Below are positions 9,001 through 19,100 of a stretch of 38,756 bases of DNA, in pieces; position 1 is the stretch's first letter; every line of letters begins with the position of its first letter. Below the pieces are notes generated by a model. The model ran no database searches. It worked only from the letters and a program-made list of their open reading frames with translations, and was not told where the DNA came from. This DNA is from Nemertoderma westbladi. Taxonomy: Eukaryota > Animalia > Xenacoelomorpha. Made by a program: the position numbers and the translations under genes. The stretch covers positions 1 to 38,756 of the forward strand of contig JAUCBJ010002475.1 in the NCBI GenBank assembly GCA_032718475.1, written 5' to 3'.

Positions 9001-11103
9001 CTCTAGCCTACTTTCCCTTACTGTGCCCTTTAACTGTTGAACAGTCCCTTCTAACTCTCGGACCTGTTGAGAGGAGCGTGCTTGATTCTCCTCCATCTTT
9101 CCGAGGAGAATGTCCATCCCCCGCCGTCTCTCGTCCACCCAATCAACCGCCGAAACGGGATCCGCCAACGTCGTAGCGGGCAGACGAGGGACAACGGGCG
9201 ACAAATCAGTAATATTTCGCTCGGGGTCCAGGACCTGAACTGTCTTCTGGGCAGTTCTACTGGGCACAGGTAGCTTAGTGCTATGCAGAGGGAATGTAGA
9301 GGTAGCTTCAGGGAGCACAGGTGTGTCTATCACCGAAGGGGTGATTTCAAAAACAGGCCTAATTATTTCAGGCTCATCTACTATAGTAGGGAGTCTTTCT
9401 ATTTTAATTATTTGGTCTGTGGGTTCTGTACTGCCTAAGTTGGTGTTATTTAGTTGCCTTCTAACAGCTGGAGGCAAATCAGGCAATTTCTGACGGTGGA
9501 ATGTTCTTTTACGTCTGCTTAGACGAGATCTATTTCCTTTGCCTTCAGTATCGGTGGTATCGCCTTCTTCAGATGATGTATATCCCTGTCTTTTGGGAGT
9601 AGATCGATTCATCATCTGCATATTACTAGCTGTTAATTGTTTACTGAAGTCGTCTTGCTTCTCTTGAAGATTTTCCAACTCCAGTTGGGTGATCTCTTCA
9701 GCCGCTCTCCGTTCTGCTTCCGCCACCGCTGCCGCTTTTGCCTCTGCCGCTGCCGCTTTTGCCTCTGCCGCTGTCGCTTTTGCCTTTGCCTCGGCTTCTG
9801 CTGCTGCCGCTTTTGCCTCTGCCGCTGCCGCTTTTGCCTTTGCCTCGGCTTCTGCTGCTGCCGCTTTTGCCTCTGCCGCTGCTTCTGCCAAGGTCGCCTT
9901 TCTTTCTGCCTCTGCCACTGCTGCTATCTTTCTGTCTTCTATACGTTTTTTCCTTACTTGTTCTTCCTTTTCTCTAGCGATGCGGAGTTGTTCATCGAAT
10001 TTAGCTTGGTTCGCCGCTAACCTATCTACATCTATTGCATCCAACACACGCTGGGCTCCTTCACTATTAGGGCTAAGTCCATCTAGCCTTCTCCTCAACT
10101 CTTCATCTCCCAAAAAACGCTGATAGTCTGACAGATAGATGTCAATGGCATCCTTCTTATGCGGTTTCTCTGCCGTCGCTTCACTTTCCACTTGGGAAAA
10201 AGTAGCGTCCGTTGATTCTCCATGGGTTGAGCGCTCCTCCAGCTGAGCTTTCCACTGAGCTGCTCCTTGAACCTGGCGACTCACCCGTTGAAACCAAGTC
10301 TTTACGGCAACTTGCAACGACGTGTCTTGTCTTCGTTTAGAAGCCTCCTCAAAGGCCGATAATATTAACCTGATTCGTAGAATTCTTTCTCTTACTTGAT
10401 AAAGCAGCTGTCCCTGCTCTTGAGGTCCTTGAGGTTGTTGTAACAGTTGTTTTTCTACTCGCTCCATAGAGCTGAAGAATCCCTGTGCGTATCCGGCTGC
10501 GGACCTCTTCCACACAGCTGGATCTATGGTTTCCTCGGCTACTCCCATCCGGTGTATGTCTTCCCAGGCAGCTTCGGATAAATCAAACGGGAATCCGGGT
10601 CCGGGAAAGTTCCATTGCGACTCGACCATGGAGTTCAGTTCTTCCCTTGTGTATCCAGCATAACTATCTCTAGTTGAACGCTGGCTTCTTGCCCAATCGA
10701 TCTGGTGTTCTTCCACAGCGATCAATAACCTAGTGAGTACGGCTGCAGGAAGGATGAGAAGGGGATCTGAATAAGCCTCATCCGTCATCCTTGCTCCGCG
10801 TTCGGGTGTCAGTTCTACCGTATCTTCACTACTGGAGCTGTCGGGCCGCTGAGAAATAAGTTCTTGGCTCGCGGGTTGTTGCTGTTCCGCTGCTTCTTGG
10901 TCCCGCTTGACCTGAGCTCGAGTGCCTATGATAGACCTACGATGTTGGACCAGCCTAGGTTCTGTTATTACTACTGGAGGGATGGCCTTCCTCACAGTGG
11001 GAGGTGAACTGAACTTACGACCAGACAGTTCTACGTCTCTATCTGAGTCGCAGATAGTTACATCTAATAAACTGTCTGACAGGTTCTGCTTAGTATCAGA
11101 CAT
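6067..11103 (-). CDS. gag-pol: BEL/Pao Gag-protease polyprotein, 1678 aa, with internally deleted pol
   Basis: DUF1759-like FNGDEMKWLPF...EKLRYLIECLEG...RYGN; BEL-type triple knuckle CALCDGTHRLNAC / CYNCLRRGHQRRTC / CAKCGAKHHILLH; aspartic protease ALLDSGS; RNase H tail WRYCPKTMNITDIASRG; YSSWNRL motif; terminal RPAGRLCL motif. Confidence 0.92.
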   Translation of the reverse strand: MSDTKQNLSDSLLDVTICDSDRDVELSGRKFSSPPTVRKAIPPVVITEPRLVQHRRSIIGTRAQVKRDQEAAEQQQPASQELISQRPDSSSSEDTVELTPERGARMTDEAYSDPLLILPAAVLTRLLIAVEEHQIDWARSQRSTRDSYAGYTREELNSMVESQWNFPGPGFPFDLSEAAWEDIHRMGVAEETIDPAVWKRSAAGYAQGFFSSMERVEKQLLQQPQGPQEQGQLLYQVRERILRIRLILSAFEEASKRRQDTSLQVAVKTWFQRVSRQVQGAAQWKAQLEERSTHGESTDATFSQVESEATAEKPHKKDAIDIYLSDYQRFLGDEELRRRLDGLSPNSEGAQRVLDAIDVDRLAANQAKFDEQLRIAREKEEQVRKKRIEDRKIAAVAEAERKATLAEAAAEAKAAAAEAEAKAKAAAAEAKAAAAEAEAKAKATAAEAKAAAAEAKAAAVAEAERRAAEEITQLELENLQEKQDDFSKQLTASNMQMMNRSTPKRQGYTSSEEGDTTDTEGKGNRSRLSRRKRTFHRQKLPDLPPAVRRQLNNTNLGSTEPTDQIIKIERLPTIVDEPEIIRPVFEITPSVIDTPVLPEATSTFPLHSTKLPVPSRTAQKTVQVLDPERNITDLSPVVPRLPATTLADPVSAVDWVDERRRGMDILLGKMEENQARSSQQVRELEGTVQQLKGTVRESRLELQEVQQNIALERDKLVNLQKGIPPPPVTMCQPVRSEISHAQGVEPTRIYTASEVETPIVNPIKGNYRPVDNDIPYRLDHNPRNLYTDNSILNNTMAQESFTRQMARTEARQAVKVGEIVKFNGDEMKWLPFNEYYKDNIQNSVLSNGEKLRYLIECLEGSPKSMALKFIGHPDGLRQVWDTLNIRYGNRTNIARYLYAKLMAPRKFLSSGIIEFSDEIQEICRQLDWLGKSHEYQNSMVVGALASTLPKGGVGTRWDKKVLYMMEQQQRGPTMADLMSFLDSEVKLQLIKQSREKTAESKVSEKPVSRRRVTPVCYTDDGESQTSQGEDSGKDTDRSYYVNKMPKDQVSKSESRPNDRREPVQKTLPTSPKRIQVRKPEEKASVHNVTQNKVSNIKPKCALCDGTHRLNACDKFLRKSLKDRREVMWDKRLCYNCLRRGHQRRTCYSDARCAKCGAKHHILLHTEFERNSPSQVSESELHVQFSDVNDTDQSEMEGFYTDEFSDENESCYLINTTAVYRALMYEKDTDSDLTLTTSDQQPSWKAPTSNIGIREFPVVQLRVHGPQKSYIVNALLDSGSTGTFIDKELAEVIFAGQPKFRTKLNLSGIMQVWNSTVAADYYIGELSTPQDKLGEYSIRSVKMVAIKNFATTQVEPYNWDEDDHAQQLNIPRFDTDYPGVQILIGQNAHEALETLEKRPTQPQPLQTYAVRTRVGWYLTGPSRRTLRERLLQDRVCQVSEWEDDTSEGDDPTEGTPHSSDNDNLNSNVDQWRYCPKTMNITDIASRGATPQELTDTTDRLGEPDFLSKEDEWPPHLTLTEIRPAKGAEKVKPKTRTGGAELFEPGIDLSVLHIARDDAVDLDLPTASGSFMKIRESDWSSGTSDVSQGLSPLLQGATDHYSSWNRLCKAVVYLERCFYRHYSRTKRKPGIVFGMQRLNRPAGRLCLPEGNGGLSGNCGRQDSLPTTTSLILQTSRDSIT
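9700..9925 (-). repeat. Coding minisatellite for an (AAAEAKA)n helical Ala/Glu/Lys tract in Gag B
   Basis: GCCGCTTTTGCCTCTGCCGCT-type units on +; translation AEAKAAAAEAEAKAK... Confidence 0.9.
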
Positions 11104-11240
11104 GTCTACGTATACCGTTGAATGTCTACTGCTGTATTACAGTCTGAGCAAGTCTAGTAATTCAGTATTAACTGCTAGCCTAGTAATTAATTACCAATAC
11201 TGCTACTCAATGTAGCGTGATATATATATAATATATTAGA

Positions 11241-11487
11241 ATACCGGTATACTTATAGTATATATAACTATATAAGTATTATTACAGACTAGGTTTATCA
11301 AAGAATACCGGTATAATTTTTAGCACAAATATATATAAATATATAATAGACCTATCGGGAATACCGGTATACAGCTTACAGTTTGTAGTATATTTAATTC
11401 TGGAATAGAATTAATTACAAGTACCGGTATAATTTCAGCCTAGATTTATAGAAATAAAGATAATAGGCCTATCGTAAATACCGGTAT
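11241..11487. repeat. Five ~60-bp-spaced copies of palindrome ATACCGGTAT in the leader of element B
   Basis: Copies at 11241, 11305, 11361, 11421 (GTACCGGTAT) and 11478. Confidence 0.9.
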
Positions 11488-12429
11488 ATCAATTATTTTA
11501 AATAATTGAATTTCTGAATTTTAGGGTTACTTTGTTACTTTACTTACTTTATTACCGTTATTTGAGCAGTAGTCCAACTGATATGGAGACCTAATGGTTG
11601 TATGGTAGGCCTACTATTTATAAATCTTTTGAGTTGATTTATAATATATATATACCCTTTAATGGGTTTTGTCAATGTTTGAAATAAATGTTATTATTTC
11701 TGGGGAGTAATCACTACACAAAGCGGTGCGCTTTCAGTGAAGTGTTACTTATAGGACACTAAAACAAATAATTCTAATTTACCTAAGTTACTTAATACTA
11801 CAAATTACGTACAATTCGGTGAGATTACAATCTCTAAATAAACGCAAAAATTTACAAAGAACACAAAATACGAATTTTCAGGGTAATTTTACAAGAAGTC
11901 TACAAACCAGCCTAACAAAGGGTTAGAAATCTGGTTATTACAACGGACAGGGTTCTACGGTATTTGAAAATAATACGTAGTAGTAAGTACACTGCGTTGT
12001 CCAGATAGGAAAATACCACCGCCTGACGACCTATAGCCGTATCGCTATAGGTTCTACGTTATGTATCACGGAGTGTTCCTACCTAGAAGTTAATAGAGCT
12101 AATCGAAAGTGCCTATCAACCACTTTACAACACAAATGTAATGCCTACACTAATTACTTTCGGAAAGCACTGTACACTAAACCCTAAATTAGGTACGAGT
12201 ACTTGTACAACATATAATCAGTAGTTAAATATACTTGAACAGCTAAAAGAACCACGGCATCTGCTGGAGTGACCGATGCACAAAATCACCAGTCTTTACC
12301 TACGCCAAGCAGCCCGTGTAGTACCGGGGTTAATTTAACTATAGCGGTATGTATAACAAACACAATTACTGTAGGAACAAACTTGGGGAATGAATGTTGC
12401 GGATAATCGCATAAACTCTGAATAATAAA

Positions 12430-13000
12430 TATTACGCTACGCGTACAAACTACTCAAACAAAATGCAGACCGAACACTGACAGACTACTATCAAGCCTAA
12501 ACAAACTACGGTATATGCAGACTCCGAAATAATTAGGTAGTATGCGTTCTAACCCAGTAGTACGACTTATTCTTTAGTTGGGGGTTTACCTTACAGCATT
12601 CGCTGCCCCTACTTCCTAACCGTTCTTTATCGGACAAGTGATCTACACACGCTGCAATCCGTTCAGACCTAATAACAGCCAGACAACTATCCAGCCTACA
12701 AATTATCTAAATAAATATTATACGCTACCCGTACAGACTTACACAAACAAAGTACAGACTCAACGATGGCAGACTACTCTCAAGCCTAAATAAACTACAG
12801 GACATGAAGACTCCGAAATAATTAGGTAGTATGCGTTCTAACCCAGTAGTACGACTTATTCTTTAATTGGGGGTTTACCTTACAGCATTCGCTGCCCCTA
12901 CTTCCTAACCGTTCTTTATCGGACAGATGATCTACACACACTGCAATCCGTTCAGACTTAACAACAATCAGACAACAGCTCAGCCTACAAATTGTCTGTA
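12430..13000. repeat. ~287-bp tandem duplication in the leader of element B
   Basis: GACTCCGAAATAATTAGGTAGTATGCGTTCTAACCCAGTAG... occurs at ~12520 and ~12810. Confidence 0.9.
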
Positions 13001-13415
13001 CAATCTGATCAGGCTTACACGCCTTCTGTTCAATACTGGCCTACAAACAAATAAAACTTGACAGAAATAAGTAAAATCTCAATAAAAACCAGGCGTCCCC
13101 GATTAATTATTAAGACCTACCGGCATATATAATCAAATCGAATAATACTGCTGTACTTATACGGGAAGTACCGGTTAGGACAGTTAGGCCTACCGACCTA
13201 CTGAAGTATCGGTTCTGGCAGTTGGACCTACGGGCCTACGGCAGTACCGGTTCTGGCAGTTGGGCCTACTGACCTACAGATGGACCGTTCAGGTTTACCG
13301 GTTGACCGGTACTTTCAACTTTATTGCTTACTGCAATAAAGAAGCTATATCCGTTATTGTTCTTACCAGAACAATATTAAACTGTATTTAATGCCTACAC
13401 TGCAATACAGACTAC

Positions 13416-13426
13416 ATATCCGTTAT
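13416..13426 (-). promoter_or_regulatory. Non-tRNA primer-binding site of element B (ATAACGGATAT); a second copy lies at 13346-13357
   Basis: Directly follows the LTR end ...GCGAACA; exact reverse complement of LTR-internal ATATCCGTTAT (14188-14178 on -). Confidence 0.75.
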
Positions 13427-14634
13427 TGTTCGCGCTTTCAGACCTTTGGCAGATTAACCCGCCAAATTATGATGTCTTCTAGATAATAAATCACTTTTAG
13501 CCTATGACAAGTATTTAATTCACTACACTAGTCGAAACCAATCTGTGCGCGATCATTCACCCGCTGGATATACCCGGGAGATTGGGTTCAACGGCTTAAT
13601 TTTATTGCTATGTAAGCCTAATGTATTATTCGACTGACAGTATTATATAATCTCTGACAATATTATTCACCTTTGGGGAATATTAACAGTTCCTTTAGGA
13701 CGTGGCGCTCTATCTATACAAACAGAGTTATGACTTAAACTACTCACAACGATATGGCTTAGTTATAATTCACATATATGGCGCATTCTTTAGGAAATGC
13801 TTCGTTATCAGTCTCACTCATACACAATGCTGCACAATACTGCACACTGATCTGCCGATCTTCACTGATTTTAGTTATATATAAAAGGAACACGGACCGA
13901 ATCATGTAGGGTCTATCAAATAACATTAGATTCACTTCAAACCACTTTAACATAAGTCACAATCGTTATATGTAACCTTTCTCTCTTACCTTCGGTATAT
14001 CAAGAATATTGGGTTTCGGGGTTATTTATCGTTATTCCAAATATAATAATTCATCAACCATATTATGAAGAACTGACAGTAAATAGCAGTATAACAATAT
14101 AAAGTATGCACAGGTTGTTTGATTAGGTATGGTATGTTATGAGTTGAGTTGAGGTATGAGTTGAGATCAGACATCAGATAACGGATATATGTCCTTATAA
14201 TTAAGCCTACTAGTGTAGGACTAAAACTGAAAACACGGAGGTGCCAAAAGCCGGTTCTTAGGCTCTGGGCAAAAACATAACTGAACATGAACTACTGAGT
14301 TTCTGTATACACCTCCAACACAGAGACAACAAACGCTCTGATTGGTCAACCTAAACAACGAGAGAACAAAGAAACAAAGAAACGTCGACGTGGCAATATC
14401 AGCTGCTAGCCGTCGTCATGGTAGCGACACTGTTTTCAAAAGTATCCAGCTATTGCGTCACGAGATTGTGGATTATGTCCTCTAAAGTACAAATACAGTA
14501 CAAATACATAAGAAATGACTTTTATGTCCTCTAAAACACCAGTACAGCAAGGACACGGCCTTTTTATGCCTGGCAAACCAACTACAGAGTACTTTAAGGG
14601 AAAATAACCGGCTAATTACGCAAAAGCTTTTACA
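13427..14634 (-). mobile_element. 5' LTR of element B (~1208 bp)
   Basis: TGTAAAAGC...GCGCGAACA on -; U3 matches 3054-2608 and R/U5 matches 1950-2607. Confidence 0.88.
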
Positions 14635-15182
14635 ATCACCTCTTTAGAGAAGGCTTCTCGGTTGTCATCCGCAGTGGTGCGCACCACTGAACAGGCGTTT
14701 GAAGGGCTTGAGATTATCCCAAAAGCCTGGATGGTCATCCAGTACTCCACCGGTTTCTGGTTGAGGTCTCCTTCAGGCCACCACAGAAATCGTAGGCTAT
14801 CTCGATCCCTATCCAGCGCCTTGACTTGTAAGAACATGCCTTCTATATCTGAGGTGAAAGCGATTGAATATTGGCCTAATCTTAAAAGTATTCCCAACAA
14901 GGATTGGAGTAAGTTGGGTCCGGGTAACAATTTGGAATTAAGGGATTGGCCCATGTAGAGGGCGGAGCCGTCAAACACTACTCGTACCTCATGGGGTTTA
15001 CCGGGTTTGGGAACGTAATGGTGAGTTAAATAATACGTTCTCTCAGTTGTAGGTGTTTCTTCCGGCACTCGCTCCGCATATCCCTTGCTAATAAATTTCT
15101 TCAACTGCGTTTGATACATTTCTTTAGCTGAAGAGTTTGCCGTAAGGCGTCGATGTAGTTGAGCAATTCTTTTCTCCGCCAA
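14635..15182 (-). pseudogene. pol: N-terminal half of the Pao reverse transcriptase of element C, cut by element B
   Basis: YYLTHHYVPKPGKPHEVRVVFDGSA, SLNSKLLPGPNL, DIEGMFLQV, RDSLRFLWW, FGIISSP; ends at the LTR B terminus before the expected YVDD motif. Confidence 0.92.
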
Positions 15183-15209
15183 GGGTCTGTTGTTTATGAA
15201 CTTTGGTTC

Positions 15210-16163
15210 TCACTTTCGGAAAGGTAGACCGATTTCATATCTACCTTGATCTTTAAGAAAACGTGTAGTTGTCTCTTGGATCTGCTTGGCTCTTTCTTCT
15301 TCTACCGATAGGGCCTTATCGTAGGAATTGGGCTCTACAGCCTCTTGAGTAAAGAATCGTACGGCGTGTTCATCCCGAGTCTTGGCATTATAACGTTCAA
15401 TGACGTCATTCAGTTCGTCGTTATATTCGTCTCGGTCTAATGGACGAAGGTGCTGACATAAGTTCACTTGGTTTTGCCAAGTCTCGTTTTCCTTAAGGAG
15501 ATCAATGGTATTCTCCTCGTCGAAGAGTTGGTGGACATCGTCATTATCTGAGGAGCATGGTGTTCCCTCAGTTGGATCGTCTAACTCACTGCTCTCAACC
15601 TCCCATTCTCTTACTTGATATACCTGATCTTTCGGTAATCTTTCCATGAGAGTTCTACAGGAAGGGCCAGTAAAGTACCAACCCACTCTAGTTCTTCCCG
15701 CATAGGCTTGCAGTGGTTGCGGTTGAGCAGGCCGTTTCTCCAATGTCTCGAGCGCCTCATGCGCATTTTGACCGATGAGTATTTGCACTCCAGGGTAATC
15801 GGTGTTGAATCTAGGTATATCAAGCTGCTGGGTGAAATCGTCCTCATCCCAGTTATAAGGTTCCACTTGGCTGGTAGCGAAGTTCTTTATCGCCACCAAT
15901 TTTACTGACCTTATGCTATGTTCTCCTAGTTCATCCTGGGGGGTGGACAATGCACCTACATAATAATCCGCTATTACTGTAGATTTCCAAACCTGCATAA
16001 TTCCTGACATGTTTAGCTTAGTTCGGAACTTGGGTTGTCCAGCAAAGATGTCTTCGGCTAGTTCTTTTTCGATGAATGTTCCTGTGCTACCGGAATCAAG
16101 GAGGGCGTTCACTATATAACTCCTTGTAGGTCCGTGGACCCTTAGTTGTACTACAGGAAATTC
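15210..16163 (-). pseudogene. pol: Aspartic protease region of element C (frameshifted at both ends)
   Basis: ALLDSGSTGT, QILIGQN, RTRVGWYFTGP, GRYEIGLPF; highly similar to the B protein. Confidence 0.9.
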
Positions 16164-19100
16164 TCAGATTCCTACATTGGAAGTTGGTGCTTTCCAAGAT
16201 GGTGGTCGGTCAGAAGTAGTTAGGGTGAGCTCGCTGTCGGTGTCCTTTTCATACGTAAGTGCTCGATACACTGCGGTATTTATCATGTAACAGGATTCGT
16301 CTTCGTCGGAGAATTCGTCCGTATAGAATCCTTCCATCTCAGAACTTTGGTCAGTGTCGTTCACATCACTGAATTGGACATGCAGTTCGGAATCACTTAC
16401 CTGACTCGGGCTGTTTCGCTCGAATTCAGTGTGCAACAAGATATGATGTTTCGCACCGCACTTTGCAAACCTTGAGTCGGAGTAACAGGTTTGCCGTTGG
16501 CGTTCTTGTCTGAGGCAATTATAACACAACCGCTTATCCCACATGACTTCCCGTCTATCCGTTAATGATTTCTTTAGGAATTCATCACATACATTCAAAC
16601 GGTGGGGCCCGTCACACAACGCACATTTCGGTTTGATGTTACTTACCTTATTTTGAATAACGTTGTGCACACTCGTTCTTTCTTCGGGCTTTCTTACCTG
16701 AATTCTTTTAGGAGACGGAGGAGGAGTTTTTCTTACCTGTTCTCTCCTGTCATTAGTTCGAGACCTGAATTTACTTACGTCTTTGGGCGTTTTGTTGACA
16801 TAATAAGATCTTTCAGTGTCTTTCCCGCTGTCCTCTCCTTGAGAAGCCTGGCTTTCGCCGTCGTCGGTATAACACACTGGTGTTACCTTTCTCCTAGAAA
16901 CGGGTTTCTCACTTACCTTATTTTCCGGTGTCTTTTCTCTGGACTGCTTTAGGAGCTGTAATTTCACTTCTCCATCTAAGAATGACATGAGATCAGCCAT
17001 GGTAGGGTCTCGTCGTTGTTGTTCCATCATATATAACACTTTCTTATCCCAGCGTGTACCTACTCCACCCTTCGGTAAAGTAGAGGCCACGGCTCCAATA
17101 ACCATAGAACTCTGATATTCATGAGACTTACCTAGCCAATCTAATTGTCTACAGATCTCCTGAATTTCATCGTAAAACTCTATAATCCCGCTGCTAATGA
17201 ATTTTCGGGGAGCTACCAATTTTGCATACAAATACCTAGCTATGTTATTCCTATTACCATACCTGATGTTTAGGGTATCCCAAACTTGTCTTAATCCATC
17301 TGGATGTCCAATAAACTTTAACGCCATTAACTTGGGAGATCCTTCCAAGCACTCGATGAGGAATCTAAGTTTCTCTTCGTTAGATAGCACAGAGTTCTGT
17401 ATGTTATCTTTGTAATATTCATTAAAAGGTAACCATTTCATCTCATCTCCATTGAACTTGACAATCTCTCCCACCTTTACCGCTTGACGGGCTTCGGTTC
17501 TAGCCATTTGACGCGTAAAACTTTCTTGGGCCATCGTGTTATTTAATATCGAGTTATCGGTATATAAATTTCTCGGATTATGATCAAGTCTATAGGGAAT
17601 ATCATTGTCAACAGGATTATAATTACCCTTAATAGGGTTCACTATAGGAGTTTCTACTTCGCTAGCAGTATAGATGCGTGTAGGCTCCACACCTTGCGCA
17701 TGAAATACTTCAGACCTAACAGGTTGACACATTGTTACCGGGGTTGGTGGTATACCCTTTTGTGTATTTACTAATTTATCACGTTCTAACGCAATACTTT
17801 GCTGCACTTCTTGCAACTCTAACCTACTCTCTCTAATTGTTCCCTTTAACTGCTGCACAGTTCCCTCCATCTCCTGGGCCTGCTGAGAGGAGCGAGAATG
17901 TTGTTCCCTCAGCTGTCCGAGCAGGAGACCCATCTCCCGTCGTCCCTCATCTACCCACTCGACCGCCGAAGCGGGAGGCGCCAATGTTGTAGCGGGCGGA
18001 CGAGGGACAACGGGCGACAAGTCATGAATATTTCGCTCGGAGTCCAGGACATGAACAATTTCAGGGGTGGTTCTGTGGGGCACAGGTAGCTTCGTGCTGT
18101 GCAGAGGGAATTTAGAGGTAGGTTCAGGGAGTACAGGTGTCTCTATCACCGAAGGGGTGGCTTCGAGAACAGGCCTAATTATTTCAGGCTCATCTACTAT
18201 AGTAGGGAGTCTTTCTATGTTAATTATTTGGTCTGTGGGTTCTATACTACCTAAGGTTGTGTTATTTAGTTGCCTTCTAACAGCTGGGGGCAAATCAGGC
18301 AATTTCTGACGGTGGGACATTCTTCTATGTCTGCTTAGACGAGATCTATTTCCTCCGCCTTCAGGATCGGTGGTATCGCCTTCCTCAGATGATGTATATC
18401 CCTGTCTTTTGGGAGTTGATCGACCCATCATCTGCATTTGACTAGCTGTTAACTGTTTATTTATGCAGTCTTGATTCTCCTGAATGTTTTCCAATTCTAG
18501 TTGGGTGGTTTTTCAGAGGCTCTGCCTCTGCCGCTGCCACTGCCGCCTTTCTTTCCGCTTCGGCCACTGCCGCCTTTCTTTCCACTTCTACCGCCTTTCT
18601 TTCCACTTCTACCGCCTTTCTTTCCGCTTCTACTTCTGCCGCTGCCACTGCCGCTTTTCTTTCCGCTTCTGCCACTGCCACTGCTGCTGCCACTGCCGCT
18701 GTCTTTCTGTCTGCTATACGTTTTTTCTTTACTTGTTCTTCTTGGACCCTAGTGATGCGGAGGCGTTCATCAAATGTAGCTTGGTTCGAAGCTCTCATAT
18801 CCGCATCGATTGCGTCCAACACAAGGTTGGCTCCTTCACTATTAGGGCTAAGTCCATCTAGCCTTCTCCTCAACTCTTGATCACCTACAAAGCGTTGATA
18901 GTCTGACAGATAGATGTCAATGGCATCCCTCTTATGCGGTTTCTCTGCTGTCGCTTCACTTTCCACTTGGGAAAATGTAGCGTCTGTTGATTCTCCATGG
19001 GTTGAGCGCTCATCCAGCTGAGCTTTCCACTGAGCCGTTCCTTGAACCTGGAGACTCACCCGTTGAAACCAAGTCTTTACGGCAACTTGCAACGACGTGT

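Larger units (their letters stand above)
2608..14634 (-). mobile_element. BEL/Pao LTR retrotransposon B, non-autonomous (gag-protease retained, RT and integrase missing)
   Basis: 5' LTR 14634-13427, 2.3-kb leader, ORF 11103-6067, ~3-kb 3' region, PPT, partial 3' LTR. Confidence 0.9.

Noticed and set aside
6395-11215. Many + strand ORFs, including Cys/Arg-, Ala- and Leu/Pro-rich ones (also 14662-19957)
   Set aside because: They are antisense shadows of gag-pol and its coding minisatellite.
11241-11487. CRISPR-like regularly spaced palindromic repeats
   Set aside because: Repeat only ~10 bp, spacers are related to each other, no cas genes, eukaryotic retroelement context.
13089-13426. Canonical tRNA PBS (TGG...)
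   Set aside because: No TGG within a few nt of the LTR end in B or C, and the more distant TGGs do not resemble a tRNA 3' end that I can recognise.
14190-14634. Short ~445-bp LTR ending at GGACA
   Set aside because: PPT-preceded LTR A continues in homology to 2607, so the LTR is ~1.2 kb and B's 3' copy is interrupted.
15183-18520. Programmed frameshifts in element C
   Set aside because: B is continuous across the comparable sites, and C also has mutated knuckles, so decay or sequencing error is more likely.
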